From an uncultured Actinomycetota bacterium (GTDB lineage: Bacteria; Actinomycetota; Actinomycetes; CAVWCF01): 64,000 nt of DNA. The stretch's first letter is position 1. Every line of letters begins with the position of its first letter. A model generated the notes under the pieces. That model ran no database searches. It was not told the origin of the DNA and saw only the letters and a program-made list of their open reading frames with translations. The position numbers and the translations under genes are program-made. The stretch spans positions 922,711 through 986,710 of the forward strand of contig CAVWCF010000001.1 in assembly GCA_963753435.1 (NCBI GenBank), given 5' to 3'. This document shows, piece after piece, positions 38,532 through 46,965 of the stretch.

Positions 38532-39832
38532 AAGTCACCTTCGGCGGTTCGAACCAACCACTCCGCATGCGGGGTGACGGTGGCCGACCAGGTGTGGCGG
38601 GCAGCCAGCCGCCGGGTGGCGGCGACCTGCTCGTCAGTGCGCGCGACCGCGAGTCCAGCAAGCCGGGAGAAACCGTCCGCCACCTCGCCGGGAGACAACC
38701 CAGTCACCCCGCAATACAGCGGTGACTCGGCGAAGACCCGGCTCGTGTCATTCTCCGGGCCGTAAGCACCCAGCACCGGAAGGCCGGAGCCGAGGTAGTC
38801 GTACGCCTTGGCGGAAGTCACATATCCGGAAGTAGGCAGCGTCAGCAGGAGCGCGTCGAACCGGGCGTAGGTAGCGGCCAATTGCGGATGCGGAACCGAG
38901 CCCCCGTAACTGACGCCGTCGTCGGCGTAGCTGCTGATGATCGCACCGGCGGGATCACCACCAGAACGCCAGAACCCCAGGTGACCGTGCAAGACCAACG
39001 TGGCCTGCGACCCCGCCGCGGTATTCCGGAAGAGACGCCAACCGGCCAGGACTTCGGCCAACGGCAGGTCCGGACGGATGGTCCCCACGTAGCCGACGGA
39101 CAGGGGGCCGGACGGGGGCGGCCGCAGCGGCGTATTGAGGATCGCGGCGTCGAAGCCGTTCTCCATGACAACGATCCGGTCCGCCGCTTGCGGGTAGCGG
39201 TCGCGGTACCACTGGGCCAGGGCCTCGTTGACGGTGATCGTCCGCGCGGCGCGGCCGATGATCTTGCTTTCCCACGCCCAGGCCCGGTCTTGCGGGGCGA
39301 AGCGATCACGGCCGGTGAACTGGTCCATGGTCCAGGCGTCCCGGTAGTCGACGACCGAGGGGATGCGCAGGGCCCGGGCCACCGAATGCGCAGCGCCCAG
39401 CGACACGTACGGCCCCCCGGTGGCGAGCACGAGGTCTACCGGTCGCCGCCGATGCTCGCGCAGGGCCGACTGCACCAAGATGGGCAGTGCGTGCCCGTAC
39501 CGCTCCGGGAAGGCCGTCCGAGCCGCTCGCTCCCAGAAGGCCGAGTGCAATCGAGGCATGTTCCCCCGAGTCCAGGACATGGCGCGGAAGTCGGTGACCA
39601 AGTGCTGGTGTGGGAACCGGAAGTGCACCACTCGGACCTTGGGGCTGACTTCGGTGGCTGCGTCCCGATCGATGCCGGTCAGGTCGTCGTAGAAGGAATG
39701 GTCCACCGCCAGTGCCGTGACGTCCGCCCCGGCCTCGACCAGAGCGTTGGCCCAGGCCCTGATCCGGTTGACGCCGCTGCCCCGGGCCGGCGGGAAGTGA
39801 AACGGAAGCATGAGGACATGCGGTTGCCTCAT
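38528..39832 (-). CDS. GT4-family glycosyltransferase (paralogue of 46966-48297)
   Basis: N-terminus HVLMLPFHFPPARGSGVNRI. C-lobe with E-x7-E-like region (KAYDYLGSGLPVLGAYG). 434 aa. Confidence 0.7.
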   Translation of the reverse strand: MRQPHVLMLPFHFPPARGSGVNRIRAWANALVEAGADVTALAVDHSFYDDLTGIDRDAATEVSPKVRVVHFRFPHQHLVTDFRAMSWTRGNMPRLHSAFWERAARTAFPERYGHALPILVQSALREHRRRPVDLVLATGGPYVSLGAAHSVARALRIPSVVDYRDAWTMDQFTGRDRFAPQDRAWAWESKIIGRAARTITVNEALAQWYRDRYPQAADRIVVMENGFDAAILNTPLRPPPSGPLSVGYVGTIRPDLPLAEVLAGWRLFRNTAAGSQATLVLHGHLGFWRSGGDPAGAIISSYADDGVSYGGSVPHPQLAATYARFDALLLTLPTSGYVTSAKAYDYLGSGLPVLGAYGPENDTSRVFAESPLYCGVTGLSPGEVADGFSRLAGLAVARTDEQVAATRRLAARHTWSATVTPHAEWLVRTAEGDL

Positions 39833-41694
39833 CGCCCACCTCCGGTCCCCGAAGACAAGAAGCTCGCCAGCGCTTCCGCTGCCGCGTCGCCATTGTGGAA
39901 CCGTGCCACGAAGTCCCGGCCCGCTTCGCCCCGGCTGCGCAATATCTCCGGGTCGGCCAGCAGCGCCTCCATCTGCGCCGCCAACGTCTCCGGGTTGGCT
40001 TCAACGATGGGTACCTCCGCCGGGGAACGCTCCCGCAGGGTGGCCCCGACGTTTCCCACCACACACCTGCCCATAGCCATGGCCTCACAGGCCAAGTGGC
40101 CGTACAAACCCAGCAGCACCTGGTCCACCACCACGTCGGCGTCGGCGATGGTGGCCGCCACCTCTGCCGGTGTGATGCCTTGCAGTCGGCGGTAGCGAAT
40201 GCGGCCCGCCTCGGCCAGGGGCTGCAGCACCGCTTCGATCGCTGCGGTTCCCTTGAGCACGGGGTTCGACGGCGCGTGCACCACCAGCGGTGGTTCGGAG
40301 GTGGTCAGCGGTCGCGTCGTCGGCAGTCGGTTCATATCGACGGTGACCGGCAACCACGTTGCTTTCGGTACGTAGTCCAGAAGGTCGAGCGTGGAGACGA
40401 AGGTAGGACCATCGAACCCATCCAGCAGCGCCAGGAGTTGGTCGCACTTGGCCTGCAGCGTGGCGGTGTAGGGGTCATCGGGATCTGCGAAAGGTGAGAA
40501 GGCGTGGGCGTCGCGGTGCCGACGCGGATCGCGAACCTCCGAACCATGAAAGACGAGCCCGACGTGAATTCCCGCGTCACGCATCTCCTCGACGTCGCCA
40601 CGGAAATCAGATCCGTTCAGCGTCCCGAACAGTGGGCGTCCCGCCTCGACCAGGGCGTGCGTCCAAGTGGACAGACATTCAGTGCGCAAGCGCTCCTGCC
40701 AGGCGCGGTCCCGGGCGAAGACCTCCGCGGTGACGACCTCGTCCGCCGCATACGCGAACGCTCCCGCCTGGATCGCAACCACGCGGGTGTCCAGTCCGAA
40801 CGCCCTGTTCGCAGCGCCCGTCCAGGCAGCAGCCTGGCCGGCGGAGTTCGTTGGCCCCATACCGAACAGCGGTCCCGACACCGAACGAGCCGGCAGCGGC
40901 AATCGCTCCGGTTCGTCCCATGCGGGTCGCTCGGTCGCTTCGGTGAGGTCTGCGCCAAAACGATGGCAAATTTCGAGAACGTGCTCCCCCGCGGCCCTTG
41001 CATCGGTGTCGGCTGCAATGACTCCGTCCACAGCGGCGGCCATTCGGTTCGTCAGCCGCTCGGTCACGTCCGCGCCCAGCCATGAGCGACCAGCCGCGAG
41101 GGGTGCGGAGTCGTACAGAACCCGGAGGCGCCGACCTCGGCTGACAGCACGAGCCTTAGCCCGGGCGGCCGGCACGAGGAACTCCGCACCGGCCTGGACG
41201 AAGTCAGGTTCCAGGGAGTCAATCTCGCTTGCTACCGCTGTCTCAAGATCGAGAGCTTGGGCGATGTCCCTATCGCTACGGGCCCAACCCCATTCGGAGA
41301 ACAGTTGGTTGCTGGGCCATCGCCGGGCAATGCGCAGACGCAGATCCCACCAGGATCTGGCCAACCGGCGGTGCTCCAAACCCGCCCACTGCCGCTTGAG
41401 GCCCATCACCCGAATCGCAGTGCTCTCCCGATGCCCACTCGATTCGGATTCAGACGACCCCGCCGCGGTTGCCCCGCTACCCCAATCACGGAACTTGTGG
41501 CCAAGCGGTACCCGCCGAATGCGCACCGTGCCCAAGCGGGTCTCCCCGCGGTGGCCACCGGGAGTTGTGATCAGGATCGTGACGGCTAGGCCACGCCTTG
41601 CCAAATCCGTGGCAATCCGTCGGACCCGGTCATCGGGCTGGGCATCCCCCAGCGCGAGCAGGACCACGCGCGCGGGGGCGGGTAGCCCGGTCAC
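39829..41694 (-). CDS. GT-B-fold glycosyltransferase-like protein (C-terminal module paralogous to module 2 of 35390-38038)
   Basis: 621 aa. The C-terminal 350 aa align by eye with the 882-aa protein (FGMGPTNSAGQAAAW...VVHAPSNPVLKGT...ACEAMAMGRCVVGNV). The N-terminal 250 aa are Rossmann-like but degenerate. Confidence 0.6.
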   Translation of the reverse strand: MTGLPAPARVVLLALGDAQPDDRVRRIATDLARRGLAVTILITTPGGHRGETRLGTVRIRRVPLGHKFRDWGSGATAAGSSESESSGHRESTAIRVMGLKRQWAGLEHRRLARSWWDLRLRIARRWPSNQLFSEWGWARSDRDIAQALDLETAVASEIDSLEPDFVQAGAEFLVPAARAKARAVSRGRRLRVLYDSAPLAAGRSWLGADVTERLTNRMAAAVDGVIAADTDARAAGEHVLEICHRFGADLTEATERPAWDEPERLPLPARSVSGPLFGMGPTNSAGQAAAWTGAANRAFGLDTRVVAIQAGAFAYAADEVVTAEVFARDRAWQERLRTECLSTWTHALVEAGRPLFGTLNGSDFRGDVEEMRDAGIHVGLVFHGSEVRDPRRHRDAHAFSPFADPDDPYTATLQAKCDQLLALLDGFDGPTFVSTLDLLDYVPKATWLPVTVDMNRLPTTRPLTTSEPPLVVHAPSNPVLKGTAAIEAVLQPLAEAGRIRYRRLQGITPAEVAATIADADVVVDQVLLGLYGHLACEAMAMGRCVVGNVGATLRERSPAEVPIVEANPETLAAQMEALLADPEILRSRGEAGRDFVARFHNGDAAAEALASFLSSGTGGGR

Positions 41695-42983
41695 GCCTCG
41701 CCGATGACGCGCCTCACCACACCCGGGAACCTGCTGGCCTCGGTGACACCGCGACCATCCACCAAGGCCTTCAGGCCGGGTAGGTCCGCGACGGCCAACT
41801 CCCGGTACTCCGGGTGGTCGGCCTGAAGCACCGCGGCGTCCGCCGGCTCGCCCAGGTGGTACGGGGTGAAGCCCAGATCCGCCAACTCCGCATCGGAGTA
41901 CATCGGGTCGTGCACAGCCACGTGCGCGCCACGCTGCGCCAAGGCCGCGACGGTCGGGAAGACCCCGGAGAAGGCCGTCTCCTTCACACCACCCCGGTAG
42001 GAGGCGCCGAGAACCACCACGCGCTGATTCGTGAGGTCGCCCATGGCCTCAACAAGCAACTCCGTCGCGTACGACGGCATGGCCATGTTGGCCTCGCGGG
42101 CGGCACGCACCACCGTGGCGTCTGGGTCGTTGAACAAGTACAGACGCGGGTAGACCGGGATGCAGTGACCGCCGACAGCGATGCCCGGCCGATGAATGTG
42201 GCTGTAGGGCTGGGAGTTGGACGCGTCGATCACCTTGTGCACATCGATCCCGTGCTCGGCGGCGAACCGGGCGAACTGGTTGGCCAGCCCAATGTTCACA
42301 TCGCGGTACGTGGTCTCGGCCAGTTTCGCCATCTCCGCGGCCTCGGCCGAACCCAGGTCCCAGACACCGTTGGGGCTGGCCAGATCCGGACGGTCGTCGA
42401 ACTGCAGGACCGCCTCGTAGAAATCCCGGGCCCGGTCGGCACCGGCTGGCGCCAGCCCGCCGATCAACTTCGGGTACTTGCGCAAGTCGGCGAAGACGCG
42501 GCCGGTCAGCACGCGCTCCGGCGAGAAGACCAGATGGAAATCCGTGCCCTCGACCAGTCCGGAACCTTCTTCGAGCATCGGCTTCCACCGCGTCCGGGTG
42601 GTCCCGACCGGCAGCGTCGTTTCGTAGGAGACCAGCGTTCCTGGGGTCAGGTTCGCCGCGATGCTGCGGGTCGCCGAGTCCATCCAGCCGAAGTCGGGCT
42701 GCCAGGTTTCGTCGTTTACGAAGAGCGGCACGACCACGACCACGGCGTCCGCGCCAGGAACAGCCTGGGCGTAGTCGGTGGTGGCGGTGAGCAATCCGGA
42801 GCCCACTACGTCGGCCAGGTACTCGCCCAGGTGCGCCTCGCCCGGGAAGGGCTCGACGCCACCGGCCACTGCCGCGACCAGGTCCGGGTTGATGTCGACC
42901 CCGACCACCTGATGGCCGGACCGGGCGAACTGAACCGCCAGCGGTAGCCCGATCTTGCCCAGCGCGACAACCGCGATCTTCAC
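41691..42983 (-). CDS. UDP-N-acetyl-D-hexosamine 6-dehydrogenase (WbpA/WecC-type nucleotide-sugar dehydrogenase)
   Basis: GTG start VKIAVVALGKIGLPLAVQFA (NAD-binding GxGxxG). Catalytic Cys region (GGHCIP). UDP-binding C-terminal domain. The long upstream part of the 610-aa ORF is antisense-like low complexity and is excluded. Confidence 0.8.
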   Translation of the reverse strand: MKIAVVALGKIGLPLAVQFARSGHQVVGVDINPDLVAAVAGGVEPFPGEAHLGEYLADVVGSGLLTATTDYAQAVPGADAVVVVVPLFVNDETWQPDFGWMDSATRSIAANLTPGTLVSYETTLPVGTTRTRWKPMLEEGSGLVEGTDFHLVFSPERVLTGRVFADLRKYPKLIGGLAPAGADRARDFYEAVLQFDDRPDLASPNGVWDLGSAEAAEMAKLAETTYRDVNIGLANQFARFAAEHGIDVHKVIDASNSQPYSHIHRPGIAVGGHCIPVYPRLYLFNDPDATVVRAAREANMAMPSYATELLVEAMGDLTNQRVVVLGASYRGGVKETAFSGVFPTVAALAQRGAHVAVHDPMYSDAELADLGFTPYHLGEPADAAVLQADHPEYRELAVADLPGLKALVDGRGVTEASRFPGVVRRVIGEA

Positions 42984-43064
42984 CCGTGGCCCTCTCTTTC
43001 GGTGATGGGAGGTTACCCGGCGCGCTACCCTCCCCCGCACTCTTCGGGACACAGGAGGGCCTTT

Positions 43065-44126
43065 GTGAAGGTCTTGAGCGTCGTGGGCGCCCGACCGCAG
43101 TTCGTCAAACTCGCTCCGGTGGCCGAGGCGGTGACGCGGGCCGGACATCAGCATGTGATCGTCCACACCGGGCAGCACTACGACGCACGCATGAGCGACG
43201 TCTTCTTCGCCGATCTGGCCATCCCGGATCCTGATGTGCACCTCGGCGTCGGGTCCGGCAGCCACGGAGTGCAAACCGGCTCCATGCTCGCCGCAATGGA
43301 CGCCGTCCTCGACGAGCACCGCCCCGATTGGGTCCTTGTCTACGGTGACACGAACTCCACCCTCGCCGGCGCGCTGTCCGCGGTGAAGGTCCACATCCCC
43401 GTGGCGCACCTGGAAGCCGGCTTGCGATCCTTCAACCGCCGCATGCCCGAGGAGCACAACCGGGTCCTGACCGACCATGCCGCCGATCTGCTGCTGGCGC
43501 CGACGCAGGTCGCGATGGGTCACTTGGATGCCGAAGGGCTGGCCGCAAGGTCGGTGCTGGTCGGCGACGTGATGACCGACGTCTGCTACCGCGTCCGGGA
43601 CGCCGTCCTGACCGAGCAGCCCCTACCGCCAGCGGGACTGGCATCGGGCGACTACCTCGTCGCCACCATGCATCGGGCGGAGAACACCGACGACCCGGCT
43701 CGGCTGCGAGCGGTCGTCGACGCCTTGGCGGGCCTACCCGTTCCGGTCCTGCTCCTGGCCCATCCGCGCCTGGTGACCCGCTGTCACGAGTTCGGCATCC
43801 CGCTGGACGGCGGGGCCCTGCGCACCAGCGAGCCACTCAGCTACCCCGACATGGTGGCGGCGGTGCTGCAATCACGTGGCGTCGTGACCGACTCCGGGGG
43901 GCTGCAGAAGGAGGCCTACCTACTGCAGCGGCCCTGCACGACGGTCCGCACCGAAACTGAGTGGGTGGAAACCCTGGACGGCGGGTGGAACGTCCTTACG
44001 CCGGACCCCGCTGACGTGCAGGAGCACGCACTCCGCCCTGCCCCAGCTGCACCTACCGGCCATCCGTACGGCGACGGGCACGCCGGCGGTCGAGTGGTCC
44101 AAGCGCTCAGCGACCGAACTCGCTGA
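43065..44126 (+). CDS. UDP-N-acetylglucosamine (or UDP-GlcNAc3NAcA) 2-epimerase, non-hydrolysing (WecB/WbpI family)
   Basis: GTG start 6 nt after aggaggg. VKVLSVVGARPQFVKLAPV ... HTGQHYD ... VYGDTNSTLAGALSA ... HLEAGLRS, the typical WecB signature series. Confidence 0.85.
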   Translation: MKVLSVVGARPQFVKLAPVAEAVTRAGHQHVIVHTGQHYDARMSDVFFADLAIPDPDVHLGVGSGSHGVQTGSMLAAMDAVLDEHRPDWVLVYGDTNSTLAGALSAVKVHIPVAHLEAGLRSFNRRMPEEHNRVLTDHAADLLLAPTQVAMGHLDAEGLAARSVLVGDVMTDVCYRVRDAVLTEQPLPPAGLASGDYLVATMHRAENTDDPARLRAVVDALAGLPVPVLLLAHPRLVTRCHEFGIPLDGGALRTSEPLSYPDMVAAVLQSRGVVTDSGGLQKEAYLLQRPCTTVRTETEWVETLDGGWNVLTPDPADVQEHALRPAPAAPTGHPYGDGHAGGRVVQALSDRTR

Positions 44127-44197
44127 CTGCAGCCGGCGCCGGCCGGAACCCAGACTTTCGATGTGTCCGGCGTCTGGCGACGGCGGTCGCGGCGGCG

Positions 44198-45199
44198 CTA
44201 GTTCGGCTGTATGACGCTGACGGTGGACCCGGTGTTGGCGGACTCGATGCAGGCCTCGGCTACGGCAACTGTCGCCAGCCCCTGGCGCATGGTCACGATG
44301 TCTGCATCTTTGCCGAGGACCGCGTCCCGGAACGCCTCGTGCTCGGTGCGCAACGGCTCAGCTTTCGCGAATGCGTAACGGATCATGTCGCCCTCGGAAA
44401 CGCCGCGGAACTTGGCGATCGCGTCCCACTCGGTCGCGACCGACCCGTTGGCGAAGAAGGTGAGGTCCGCAGTCAGCGTGTCCGCCACGAAGGTGCCCCG
44501 CTCACCAGTGACCACCGTCACCCGCTCCTTCATCGGCGACAGCCAGTTGACCAGGTGATTGGTGACCGTCCCGTCCGCCAACTGACCGACCACTGCCACC
44601 AGGTCCTCGTGCGAACGGCCCGACTTGTGGGCCACGCGCGCGGCAACCGCGGTGAAGGGCTGCTGGGCAACCCAGGCCGTCAGGTCGATGTCGTGGGTGG
44701 CCAGGTCCTTGACCACCCCGACGTCGGCGATGCGAGCCGGGAAGGGGCCCTGTCGACGGGTGACGATCTGGTAAACGGCGCCGAGGTCACCCTCGGCCAG
44801 GCGACGCCGCAGCTGCTGCAGGGCAGGGTTGTAACGCTCGATGTGCCCCACGGCCCCGACCAGACCCGCGGCGTCGAACGCGTCTGCGACCCGGGCAGCG
44901 GATTCGGTGTCAGGCGCCAGCGGCTTCTCGATCATGGCGTGGACGCCGGCCTCGGCCAGGGCCAAGGCAACTGACTCGTGATACGCCGTGGGTACGGCCA
45001 CCATGCAGTAGTCGATGCCGGTGGCGATCAGGTCTTCCACGCTGGACAGCACCGGCAGCCCGGCGGCCACTCCGTGCACGTCGCCGCCCGGATCGGCAAC
45101 GGCCACAAGCTCGACACCGTCAAGCGCCCGCAACACCCGGCCGTGGTGCCTGCCCATCATGCCCAGGCCGATGAGGCCGGCCCGCAGGTTGCTGCTCAT
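44198..45199 (-). CDS. Gfo/Idh/MocA-family NAD-dependent oxidoreductase (WbpB-like UDP-GlcNAcA 3-dehydrogenase candidate)
   Basis: LRAGLIGLGMMGRHHGRVL N-terminal Rossmann. EKPLA motif. 333 aa. 4-nt overlap with the upstream aminotransferase gene. Confidence 0.75.
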   Translation of the reverse strand: MSSNLRAGLIGLGMMGRHHGRVLRALDGVELVAVADPGGDVHGVAAGLPVLSSVEDLIATGIDYCMVAVPTAYHESVALALAEAGVHAMIEKPLAPDTESAARVADAFDAAGLVGAVGHIERYNPALQQLRRRLAEGDLGAVYQIVTRRQGPFPARIADVGVVKDLATHDIDLTAWVAQQPFTAVAARVAHKSGRSHEDLVAVVGQLADGTVTNHLVNWLSPMKERVTVVTGERGTFVADTLTADLTFFANGSVATEWDAIAKFRGVSEGDMIRYAFAKAEPLRTEHEAFRDAVLGKDADIVTMRQGLATVAVAEACIESANTGSTVSVIQPN

Positions 45200-46287
45200 G
45201 CGCCGGCCTTTGCCAGCGCGTTGACGCCGTTGACGATGCGTTCAAGATCCCCATCCGACAGGGCCGGATGCACCGGCAGGCTCAGCACCTCAGCGGCCGC
45301 GCGCTCCGTCTCCGGCAGATCAAGCGTCAGCCCGAACGACGGCAGGCGGTGGTTGGGGATTGGGTAGTACACCCCGCTGCCGACGCCGTGTTCGCTCGCA
45401 AGTGCCGCCGCGAACGCGTCGCGATCTCCGGGGACGCGGATCGTGTACTGGTGGTAGACGTGCACCGCCCCGTCCGCAACCGCGGGCGTGATCACGCCAT
45501 CGAGGTTCTCGTCCAAGAAGGCGGCGTTGGCCTGGCGACGGGCCGTCCAGCCAGGCAGCTTGCCCAACTGCACCCGGCCGATCGCGGCGTGCACGTCCGT
45601 CATTCGGGCGTTGAAGCCGACGACCTCGTTCTCGTAGCGCCGCTCCATGCCCTGATTGCGCAGCAGCCGGACCATGCGGGCCACGTCCTCCGTGGCACAC
45701 GCGACCATGCCACCTTCACCGGAGGTCATGTTCTTAGTCGGATAGAGGCTGAACATGGCGAACGTGCCGAAGGAGCCGACGGGTTGCCCGGCCAAGGCGG
45801 CGCCGTGTGCCTGGGCCGCGTCCTCGTAGATCTGGATGCCGTGTTTGGCAGCGATGGCGGTCAAGGCGGTCATGTCCGCGGGGTGGCCGTAGAGATGGAC
45901 CGGCATGACACCCACGGTGCGCTCGGTAATGGCGGCCTCGACCGCAGCCGGGGACAGGCAGTAGTGGTCCGGCTCGATGTCGGCGAACACCGGGGTGGCC
46001 CCGGTCAGCGCGACGGAATTGGCAGTCGCGGCGAATGTGAAGGACGGGACGATGACCTCGTCGCCGGGGCCGACGCCGGCTGCCAACAGGCCGAGGTGCT
46101 GGCCCGAGGTGCCCGAGTTGACGGCTACGCAGGTGCGCCCTCCGACCAGGGCGTCGGCGAACTCAGCCTCGAAAGCGGCGACCTCCGGGCCCTGCGCGAT
46201 CATCCCGCTGCGCAGGACGCGGTCAACGGCCGCGCGCTCGTCATCGCCGATCAACGGCTTTGCAGCCGGGATCATCTCCAGCGTCAT
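45196..46287 (-). CDS. DegT/DnrJ/EryC1/StrS-family PLP aminotransferase (WbpE-like)
   Basis: Start MTLEMIPAAKPLIGDDE. PLP-lysine region FSLYPTKNMTSGEGG. ATGA overlap with the acetyltransferase stop (46284-46287). Confidence 0.85.
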   Translation of the reverse strand: MTLEMIPAAKPLIGDDERAAVDRVLRSGMIAQGPEVAAFEAEFADALVGGRTCVAVNSGTSGQHLGLLAAGVGPGDEVIVPSFTFAATANSVALTGATPVFADIEPDHYCLSPAAVEAAITERTVGVMPVHLYGHPADMTALTAIAAKHGIQIYEDAAQAHGAALAGQPVGSFGTFAMFSLYPTKNMTSGEGGMVACATEDVARMVRLLRNQGMERRYENEVVGFNARMTDVHAAIGRVQLGKLPGWTARRQANAAFLDENLDGVITPAVADGAVHVYHQYTIRVPGDRDAFAAALASEHGVGSGVYYPIPNHRLPSFGLTLDLPETERAAAEVLSLPVHPALSDGDLERIVNGVNALAKAGA

Positions 46288-46877
46288 GCGTCCTCCTCGA
46301 GCAGCACGCCATCCTGCTCCCGGTAGTTGCGCCCCGTTCGCGGGCACGTCCAAGTACCTGAACCGGCATCGGTAAGCGGCTCGCCGGCATGCCCAACCCA
46401 GCGAATCCGCTTGGCGGGAACGCCTGCGACCAGCGCGAAGTCCGGCACGTCGCGAGTGACAACCGATCCGGCGGCGACCATCGCCCACCTCCCGATGGTC
46501 ACCGGGGCGACGCAGACCGCGCGGGCCCCGATGGATGCACCCGTACGGATCGTCACCCCGACCGGTTCCCAGTCGTCACCGGACTTGACGGTGCCATCCG
46601 GGTTGACCGACCTGGGGTAGTGGTCGTTGGTCAGAACCACGGCCGGACCGATGAACACGCCGGACTCCAGTTTCGCCGGCTCGTAGACCAGGGCGTAGTT
46701 CTGGATCTTCACGTTGTCGCCCACGTCAACGCCGGTTCCGACGTATGCACCGCGACCAACAACGCAGCCTTCGCCCAGTCGCGCGCCCTCGCGGATCTGG
46801 GCCAGATGCCAAACAGAGGTCCCCTCGCCCATGGCAACGTCATCGGCGACATCCGCAGACGGGTGCACGCGCGCCAT
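46284..46877 (-). CDS. Hexapeptide-repeat sugar N-acetyltransferase (WbpD-like)
   Basis: Left-handed beta-helix hexapeptide repeats (VHPSADVADDVAMGEGTSVWHLAQIREGARLGEGCVVGRGAYVGTGVDVGDNV...). About 197 aa from MARVHPSADV. Confidence 0.8.
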   Translation of the reverse strand: MARVHPSADVADDVAMGEGTSVWHLAQIREGARLGEGCVVGRGAYVGTGVDVGDNVKIQNYALVYEPAKLESGVFIGPAVVLTNDHYPRSVNPDGTVKSGDDWEPVGVTIRTGASIGARAVCVAPVTIGRWAMVAAGSVVTRDVPDFALVAGVPAKRIRWVGHAGEPLTDAGSGTWTCPRTGRNYREQDGVLLEEDA

Positions 46878-46965
46878 GGGACTCCGATCGGCTGGGGGCA
46901 GGCGCATACGCTATACGAGCCGAGGAGCGATTCGGGCCGTCGTAGACGGCCGTAGCGGAGGTTTG

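Noticed and set aside
41985-43523. N-terminal about 180 aa of the 610-aa ORF upstream of the nucleotide-sugar dehydrogenase
   Set aside because: The conserved GxGxxG Rossmann start (VKIAVVALGKIG) lies internal to the ORF. The upstream extension overlaps the divergent epimerase promoter and is low-complexity, so the CDS was trimmed to the GTG at 42983.
44127-44197. Palindromic ccggcgccgg between the convergent epimerase and oxidoreductase genes as a bidirectional terminator
   Set aside because: Plausible but weak: a 10-bp self-complementary GC tract without flanking T-runs. Not reported as a feature.
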